NCBI GenBank assembly: GCA_051294375.1
Contig: CM119265.1
Location: forward strand, 27,548,874-27,612,873
Direction of reading: 5' to 3'
Origin: Paraspadella gotoi
Lineage: Eukaryota; Animalia; Chaetognatha
DNA: 64,000 bases
Shown piece by piece: positions 56,179-64,000 of this stretch. Below the pieces are notes generated by a model, which was not told the origin of the DNA, ran no database searches, and worked only from the letters and a program-made list of their open reading frames with translations. Within the stretch, counting starts at the first letter, position 1; the number at the start of each line of letters is the position of its first letter. A program made the position numbers and the translations under genes.

Positions 56179-57645
56179 CTCAACTTTATGATTGTGAAAA
56201 ATTTTAACTGTCAAATGCTGATGAAGACTCGAACAAAACAAGAGTTGAAACATGTCCAATAATTTGTAATTAAAATCGTTGTAAAAATATTAAAAACTTT
56301 CGTTTTTCGAATCAGCTAATCTTATGAACAACGAAAAGAGAGAAAATACACAATGTAATTTTTCATATTTAAAAAGATATTTTATCACGCTACTACATAA
56401 ATTTTTGCTTGTTTTTTACTTTAATTAAAAAATACAAGCAAATTTATAGAGTAGAGAAAATTTAATGGTAATCAAAATGTAATTCAGTCTTACCTTTTTC
56501 AAATTAAAAAAGAAAAATAAAAAATTCATATTGCCTTCATTAAAATTTTTAATGCAAAAAACTGTTATACTTTTAACTCTGATTTAAACAAAAGCTGTGT
56601 AAATAATTATAAATAAAATTTAATAAACCTATTTTTGAAATATGTCCCATGATTAAGGCTTTAATTTGAAACCACGCCCACCTTCCTATCTCTTTCCTTT
56701 TAAAAGATATTCATGAAAATAACTTTTTTTACCATTAAAGAACTAAGGATTTGAACTATGCAGTACAAATCTTTGTTAAATTAAAATTACGGCAAAGCGG
56801 GAGTATCTCACTTAATCCGATTGGTACAATACTTAAATTTTAATATAAAACTTAAAGACAAATTTTTCGTCATCCAGAGACATGTCACTTTCAGTAGTAC
56901 CCATCACATAACTCATTTAAGGTAAATGCTTGTAGAAATCAGCGAAACGTTTTCTTTTTTTTAAACAGTTAGTACTAGCGCGTCAGAAATCTTTAGAGAA
57001 TTTTATTCCGATAAATTTTGCCTTTTAAGGCTGACGTTTATGACCATATCTCTGAAACTATTGTATGAATTTTAAAACGGTTTTTTTCAAGTGCATATCG
57101 ACATCATCCTCCAGGAACTGGCATAAAAATATATAAAAAAATAAATTAAAATTAGCTCTCCTATGAGGTGTCTACATTCTGGGAAAATAAGGCCTATTTT
57201 TAATTGTTTAGGGCGGCGGCTACGAAGCTCTTACTGACGGAAAGCAACCAAACCGATTATTTAGTAAGATTTACTTTACCGTCCTTTTAAAGTTCTCAAT
57301 TAGCTCATGCTATAATAGTTTAAGTTTAAGATTTGCATTACAGATAAGGTTTAGAGTTAGGAGATATGGTTAGGGAATAATATTAAGGATTAGGTTAAAA
57401 AGTATTTAGTTAGTATTAAATAAATGATCAGGATTAAATATAAAGATTATAGATTGAGAACAGATGTCGGGTGCTTTCATAAGATAGAGCCCAAAAAATT
57501 GAATAAACGCTTTTATTTTTTTTCTAAAATAGAACCTCCAAGAAATAGTGAAATGCAAGCATGTTTCTTGACAAACGCTTTGAGGAATACTTACACTTAC
57601 GTTCAGATAGACATGGGGAGGCTATACGAAGTCGGACAAGTGATG
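51512..57645 (+). CDS. Tandem paralogue of the F-type-lectin-domain gene, first four exons (3'-partial in this window)
   Basis: Exons 51512-51551 (MLPVYILYIFVAP), 54327-54394 (FANYWRLSRLKATGNGSPNLRI), 57212-57263 (GGGYEALTDGKQPNRLF), 57533-57645 (PPRNSEMQACFLT...YVQIDMGRLYEVGQVM). Intron phases (1,0,1,0) are the same as in gene 1, and exons 1 and 3 have the same lengths (40 and 52 nt). Confidence 0.8.
52055..52510. repeat. 18-bp minisatellite (TGGCATAATTTGGTCAAC)
   Basis: Tandem units, reverse complement of 35770-36227. Confidence 0.92.
56209..56262 (+). ncRNA. Minimal type I hammerhead ribozyme motif (Penelope-like element type)
   Basis: CTGATGA (56218-56224) A, stem II GACTC/GAGTT, GAAAC (56247-56251), palindromic stem III ACATGT, GTC (56254-56256), stem I TG/CA. 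Shares TGTCAAA upstream and TAAAATCGTTG downstream with the 45.56 kb motif. Confidence 0.7.
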
Positions 57646-57914
57646 GTAAACTAAATCTTCAAATTATAACTATATATATTATATAAGCGGACAAGCAAGG
57701 TAAAAACTAAGAGTTCTGTCATATAAACAACTTTAAAGCATCCCGGTGGGATAACGAAATTAAATAAAAAATTAAGATTTTATGTATGTTAATAACATTT
57801 AAAGTTAACATTTATAGTTAATAGCATTTAAAGTTTATCGTATTACTATGAATCATAAAAATTTTATATTTCAAATTGAGAATTTTTAAATTATNNNNNN
57901 NNNNCCTTCCACCA

Positions 57915-58870
57915 CCTTAAGCTCGGCCTCAATCTTATCGGGCATTCACTTATATCATGTCAGAACATCAAATTATGATAAATTATGCAAAAAAAAAAAG
58001 ATGTACGTCCGTCCGTCTGTCTGTCCGTCCATTCTACCTTAGCAAAAAACTTCAATTGCTCGTGATTGGATGGATGGATTGGAATGAAATTTTGTGTGTG
58101 GGTAGGGAAGAGTGTGATTGTGCTGGATTTGAAGTTTCGATGGAATCGTGCGAGTAGAAATGAGTTTAAATTGAAAAAACAAAAAAATCTATTTCACTGT
58201 TTGAACGTCAATAACTCATGTGTGGACGGGGTGATTGACTTGAAATTTTGTATGTGGGTAGGAAAGTGTATGATTAAGCTGGAAATAAAGTTTCGATGGA
58301 ATTGTCTTAGTGAAAATGAGTTTAAATGGAAAAAACAAAAAACCTGTTTCACTAATTGATTATGCTTCTTTTTCTTTTTATATTATATGTAAATGCAAGA
58401 TGTATTAATTAATCAAATAGTTAATAAATTAATTAATCAATTAGTCAATTAATTAATAAATTAAATTTATTTAGTTATCTATTAATTAGTAATTCAATCA
58501 ATCAATTTGTTTATAAATTAATTAATTATTTAATCAATCAATCAAGTCAATCGGTTATTTGGCATTATTATCAATCGTCGCCATCATCGTTGTTGCTTTG
58601 TCGTGATCAGTGACAAAAAGACCTAAAAAACAACATTTAAGATCAATTAATTAATTAATTAATATAAATATATAAACTAAAATAATAATTAATTAATGAA
58701 ATAATTATTTTTGATCTGAATGTTTGTTTTTACGTCTTTTTTGTCACTATCACGACAAAAGCAACGACGACGGATGGCGAAGACGACAATAATAACAATT
58801 ATTATTTTAGTTTTATAATTAATATACCGCTAATGATCGTGGCAGGTCCGACATTGTTTGCTCAAATTTG
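57915..58870 (-). mobile_element. Inverted copy of the DINE-1/HINE-like family
   Basis: Reverse-complement match to the core, the microsatellite and the 5' terminus of 32369-32963 and to 53500-53900. Confidence 0.6.
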
Positions 58871-58931
58871 ATAATGTGAATAACACATAAAATAGATTAT
58901 CCCAAAATCACATTGTACTAATTTGAATGAG

Positions 58932-58988
58932 CGAGGGGGCACAGAAGATACGGATACTAGTTTTCAGCCTACTGAGCGCCTTATCCAC
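58932..58988 (+). mobile_element. Family A LTR terminal fragment
   Basis: TTCAGCCTACTGAGCGCCTTATCCAC matches the family A 3' terminus. Confidence 0.55.
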
Positions 58989-59160
58989 TTTCTTTATTGA
59001 AATCCTAATTGCTGCCACTCACTGATCTTAGTGGGCTAAAAATAAAATTTTGATGTTCAGATAAATATTTTTTATATATAACTCTTAATTTCAACAATTA
59101 TAATTTATAGGTGTTTAATATAAGCTAAACAGTTATATTTCATCTTTTAAAATTTTTAAG

Positions 59161-59312
59161 TTATTAGAAAGTTTGAAATGAATTTTTCAAACAACGATTT
59201 TATTTTTAAATAAAAACGGACATTTTCGGCTAACGACAAGCCGAACATGTCCGTTTTTTATTAAAAATAAAATCGTTGTTGAAAATTCATTTCAAAACTA
59301 AATTTCTAATAA
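59161..59312. repeat. Imperfect palindrome related to the 45.5 kb palindrome
   Basis: Arms about 59161-59231 and 59239-59312; contain AGCCGAA(A/C)ATGTC and AAAAATAAAATCGTTG. Confidence 0.75.
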
Positions 59313-60998
59313 TTATTACACAACGCAAAAAGATAAGATTATAACCACAATTTTAAGTTAAATTGTCAAAAGCTTTTGAAAATATTTGGGGGTTAAGACA
59401 GGAATAATGCTGGTNNNNNNNNNNNNNNNNNNNNNNNNNNNNNNNNNNNNNNNNNNNNNNNNNNNNNNNNNNTTTGAGGTAGCAGGAATTAAGCTAAAAT
59501 AGCCTGTCGAGTAGGGTGAAGTGAAAGTTTGGAGTCAAAATTTAGCAGTTATATCTTGAAAACTATCATATTAGTGAATATTAATCTATAGTTATTTTTC
59601 TTTTTACAAATATAATAGCCCAGTCAGCTTATATAATGTCAAAATTTAAAAATATTTATTTTTTTTAAATTCTGAGAACAGATTCAGATTCCTCGTTAAA
59701 AGTTGATAAAAGAATATATAAATCTTTTTCAAAAATTATGTCATTAAATAGGTTAAAATTTTTTACAAATATATATTTAACTCGAAATTAAAAATTAAAA
59801 AACAAATTTACCAAAGTATTTTTATAGGTTTTTATTTTTATGTTTTATATACTAAATTTTAATTTTCTAAAATTTTATCATTTTCACATTACTCTATAGT
59901 CGAGAGAAATGAATGGATACTTTTTAATGCCTTCACTAATTTTATTGTAGAAGTTATTAGTAAACTTTAGCTAATTCTTTAACTTGTACCAAATATTTAG
60001 ATATTTAATTATATTTAAGTTAATTTATTATCATAAATAGCTTTAAAATAACCCTAACCTTGTGTTAAATAATAATGACAGAATAGTGCCCATTTATAAT
60101 TTGTAACTGTTATCTTAAGGAAAATAGTACAGAAACCAGTACGAAACTCTCATGACGTCGATCTGACGATGCTAAATACTCTCGTCAACACGCGTGGTGA
60201 AGCCAATACGCCACGTCAATGTCCGCACTTTATTCGCTACATGTAGGACAGAACGACTGACTAACCAAAAAGAATAAGTTTGAATGCAATCCATTTTTTT
60301 CATTTCTAGCAAATATTTAACCACTTTAAAACAAAAAAAGTTTGATAACCACATACAGCGGTGGGACCCGATATCGAGACAAAACTTAATGATTTCAAAT
60401 ACAATAATAAAATCAAAATGAGTGGCAAAAGTTTGTTCTGGCTTTTTACTTCTATATACAATGATGGATGTTTTCAAAACATTTGGTCGTTTTTATGCGC
60501 ATTGTATTACATACGATACAGTGGTCGTTTCTGAACCTGACAGTGTTGTCTTATCTTCAATTCACCTGATTTTAAGCTTTTCACCACTATCCAAATTGAA
60601 CCTATTTTTTTTTTTCAGGGAAACAAAACAAAATTTTGGGAAGATTTTAACGAATATGCATAAATTGTCAAATACTTTGTATTTTACTTTTTTGACGCTT
60701 TTATTACGCATTCGGAAATCTTACACAATTTAATTATCTTTAATAAATTTTTTAATAGAAGTTTTAATAAAAATCAAACCATTACAGTAACTTACCCAAA
60801 CCTGACCTACTTACTTTAATTGTTTTTTAACCAAAATATCATATAAACCTTGCCAGAAGCATTATTATGCTACAAATAAGTACTTCAAAAAATATTTTTA
60901 ACTTATATATTAGAATGAGATTAAACAGTAAGTATTCAAACATTTTTCTTCCAAACCGTGTGGAGAAAAACTTGCTGCATCAAAAAAAAGCATAATAT

Positions 60999-61238
60999 TG
61001 AAGAGACAGTAATGATTGTTGTGTGTTCGTGACAGAATCGTTCAATATAAGCAGTACCCGAGCTTCGGATCAGGTTGTAACACTGTGTTACAGGCGGGTT
61101 AAGCGCCCCGTCCCTCTTAACTGCTAGGCGACCACCGGGCTAGAACCCCGGACCTTTGGGTTGGGAGGCGAATGACTTTCCTTCGACACCAATGGCCGCA
61201 GATTAACGGTTGGTGGTTTTTAGTCCACCATAATATCA
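60999..61238 (-). mobile_element. Family B copy
   Basis: TGAAGAGACAG...ATATCA; collinear with the other two copies. Confidence 0.75.
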
Positions 61239-62062
61239 AAGAATTTCCAAACAATTAATATATCGTCTAAAAGCTAACAAATATTTATACAGATATTAAA
61301 AACCATTAAGAGCTTTAGAGTAATGATTTTTTAAAGTTTGTCTCGATAAAGGGTCCCTCCCCTGTACAATCAGAATTCTACATTGAAGAAGCATTACTCT
61401 TTATGAAAATAAAATTTATTAAGTAATACAATAAGCATCTACAACTAATATGGACAGTGAGACAACATGGTGAAATCAAGATAAATGTTACTGTTCTAAA
61501 GTTTGATGCATCTTTTCTAATAAAGGCAATTCAAAAAGTGTTACAAGTTTTAAGGACCATCAACTAATACGATCTATAAAAGGATGAATATAAAATAATT
61601 GAAGGGGCATATATTGGTTCAGTTTTCAATTTTCCGGTCTAAACAGAATCACCACTTGTATGAGATACTTAGACGACAAAAAAAGGAACATGGAACATCA
61701 AAGGTATTAAATAATATAATTTTTAAAGCTACCTAAACAGTTAACCTCTCATATTACAAATTCAATCGCAGATTAATTAAGCCTTTTTATGTCGCATAAT
61801 TTTAACTTTCGCCGACAGGGGTTAGGGCGGCGGGTTAAGGGTAGTTTAAGGTCAAGACTGATTAGAGATAATTAGGTAATAATTTTATTTAATTTCTTTT
61901 TTAAAATAAATATTTTTAAGTGGTTTTTCAAAAGACGCCAAAACAAAGGTCGGCGAAAGTAAAATTTTTATCCCTTGTCTATAATAACGCTCGAAATTAC
62001 CGCTCTGCAGTCTGCATGATATTGACGAATGAGAGTAATCACTATGGACATAATAAATATGC

Positions 62063-62350
62063 TGTAGTGACATAATATCACGAGCCATTAAATATGACCA
62101 TCTGATCAGCGTCATTATGGCCATAATAGCGCACTGGGCTAACGCTCTATCTCAGAACCCAACGGTCCTGGGTACTAGCTCTGGTCGGTACGGTCCTTGA
62201 AAAATAGTGACGGGCTGGTTAAACCACCGCCTACCGCCAGATCTGAAGTTCCGGAAAGGAAGACAAACTGACGGGAAATCTCACAGAACCACAGGGGCTA
62301 TTCACAACCTCAGAGAAGCACGGCGACCCTCTCTCCTTTCCGTCACTTCA
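62063..62350 (+). mobile_element. Family C TG...CA element with tRNA-like cassette (distant relative of family B)
   Basis: Starts TGTAGT (as family A) and ends GTCACTTCA (family B ends GTCTCTTCA). Internal TAGCGCACTGG (A box) and AACCCAACGGTCCTGGGTACTAGC (compare family B AACCCAAAGGTCCGGGGTTCTAGC). Flanks ATGC/ATGA. Single copy in the window. Confidence 0.55.
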
Positions 62351-62596
62351 ATGAAAATTTTATATTGGGAAAATATTATATTATATTATATCAAAATGAA
62401 TTTTTAAAAATTGTAATAACAGATTCGGATTCGTTAGAAAAAAATAAGAAACTTTTGTAAAATATGTTTATATAATAATATATTTTAACGTTAAAGCTGC
62501 AAAAAATGTCAAAACAGTTTATCATATAATAGTTTCTACTACAGTCTAACAGACAGTGAAAAAGTAAAGAATTTTGACTTTTTTTAAAAAATTTTA

Positions 62597-63094
62597 ACAC
62601 TGTCGCAGACGTATTTGCTGAGAACTGGACAGACACATTGTCCTTTAGCAGATAACTTCGGTAAAAGTATTCCTCTCTCCGTGGTTCTTGCAAAACTGAC
62701 AGCAGCGCCGCCTAGACCTCATGTACGCCAAGTCCATCCTGCCGCGGATCGGGGGCGGGATCCTCGATAGGAATGGTTACGGAGGTGGTGCGGTGACTTG
62801 AATAATGTTTTTGCCTGAACTATTTGAGCTTCCAAAGTGGTTAGGATATTTTTCCGTGGTCTGATGTAAAACTGATGGTCTGTGCGGGACGCCGGCCCGG
62901 GCGGGACAGGGAAGAGTGGTTTGGTGGTGGCGCGATGCCTTTGGCATAGTTCGTAGTCGTCTTGGGAAGGCGGTCGTGGCGGCGGCGGCAAGGAGCGAGC
63001 CCGATCGTTGAGCATTGCCCCTAAAGTATCCTTGGAGGGAGAACCCAAGTCCAGGAAAAGGCGACGGCGAGGAATAATGGAACCAAGATAGCAA
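62597..63094 (-). pseudogene. nanos: nanos-like CCHC zinc-finger pseudogene (or error-ridden assembly of a nanos gene)
   Basis: The minus strand reads, across three frames, RRRCCQFCKNHGE / EYFYRSYLLKDN / CPVLSKYVCDS. This matches the Nanos pattern CxFCxNNGExxxxYxSHxLKDxxGxVxCPxLxxYxCxxC. There is an in-frame TAA at 62777-62779, two frameshifts, a His->Tyr change, and the end of the second finger is missing. The region is a GC-rich island with a Pro/Ser-rich N-terminal part. Confidence 0.75.
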
Positions 63095-64000
63095 CGGAGT
63101 TAATACGACGGAGATTCACTGAAAACGCCGGAAGTTATCTCCCGGAGCGGAAAGCGGCTTCGTTGAGCGAGATGAATTCGGCGTCGGAGAAGCGAAGAAA
63201 AAGATGCCGTCGACTTCGGAGACGAGATTCAGCGTCGTCGGGGTCGGCGACTCGACCGAGAGACACTCGTCGTTAGAGCAAATTCTAAATTTAAACAGAC
63301 AAATTCTAAAATTAACCAGACAGTTAATACTGAGGCTTCATATTATAGAATGAGGTACCCCTTTTTGTGACCAGAATCTGTTCCATCAACTACCTGATAT
63401 GAATTTCATGAAATTTTACATTTAAGACGAATTCTAATGACGATATCAACAGAACAATCGAGGCGAATTTTAATGATCAACCCCTGACAATAGCCATAGC
63501 TAATGAAATTTAAATGCTTTTTTAAATTTTTTTAATAGAATCAGGTTCATCGATGTCTTAACCATATAAAAATCTCTTTTAAAACTAAAATTAATAAATG
63601 TTTTGCTAATTAATCGGTGTTTGAAGATGCATGGTTCATCGTTTTTCTCTCATATTTTCCCCGAATTATTCCCAATCTGACTTGAACCGCTGATGTTCAT
63701 GAACCTGAAACTTAAGATAAACTAATATTTTTGTGGAAATAAATACGTTTTTGTGGTAAGAGTAATCGTCTGGGCAACTGTTTTTTGCCCCTATCTCAGC
63801 TCAGTTAATTGCAGTCGGTTATTTGTTTTTCGCTCTTATGAGCAACATATAGAAATCTTCTTTACGGAAAAATAAAAAGATACTGGTAAGGGGTAGAAAA
63901 ACTTTTTATTACAAGTTCGAAACCTCCCCTAATCCTAACTAACCCCTGATCCCTAACCACACCTAATCTCTAAACAGTAACCATATGAGTCTTATTAAGA

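Overview
AT-rich, microsatellite-dense, gapped draft sequence from an intron-rich eukaryote, most likely an animal (nanos-type zinc finger relic, ETS/YY1-type promoter motifs). Most ORFs in the supplied track are low-complexity artefacts. Splicing by hand recovers: (1) two tandem 3-exon MFS transporter paralogues (6.2-12.5 kb), the second with a +1 frameshift near its start; (2) a 10-exon, 334-aa type I membrane protein gene (34.3-49.3 kb) with signal peptide, a non-canonical F-type-lectin-like domain, a Thr/Ser/Pro stalk and a TM helix, plus the first four exons of a tandem paralogue (51.5-57.6 kb); (3) a frameshifted nanos-like relic (62.6-63.1 kb, minus strand). The most notable non-coding system is a set of three short TG...CA LTR-like families that each carry an internal tRNA-like Pol III cassette. 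One of them is present as a complete miniature LTR retrotransposon (LTR-PBS-PPT-LTR, 43631-44281), the architecture of tRNA-bearing TRIMs. Also present: Penelope-type minimal hammerhead ribozymes in introns (one inside an 87-bp-arm palindrome), an LTR followed by a 37-nt copy of the mature tRNA-Leu 3' end including CCA, Tc1/mariner relics, Helitron/Helentron-like non-autonomous elements, a long inverted repeat and many minisatellites. All calls are by eye, without database searches.
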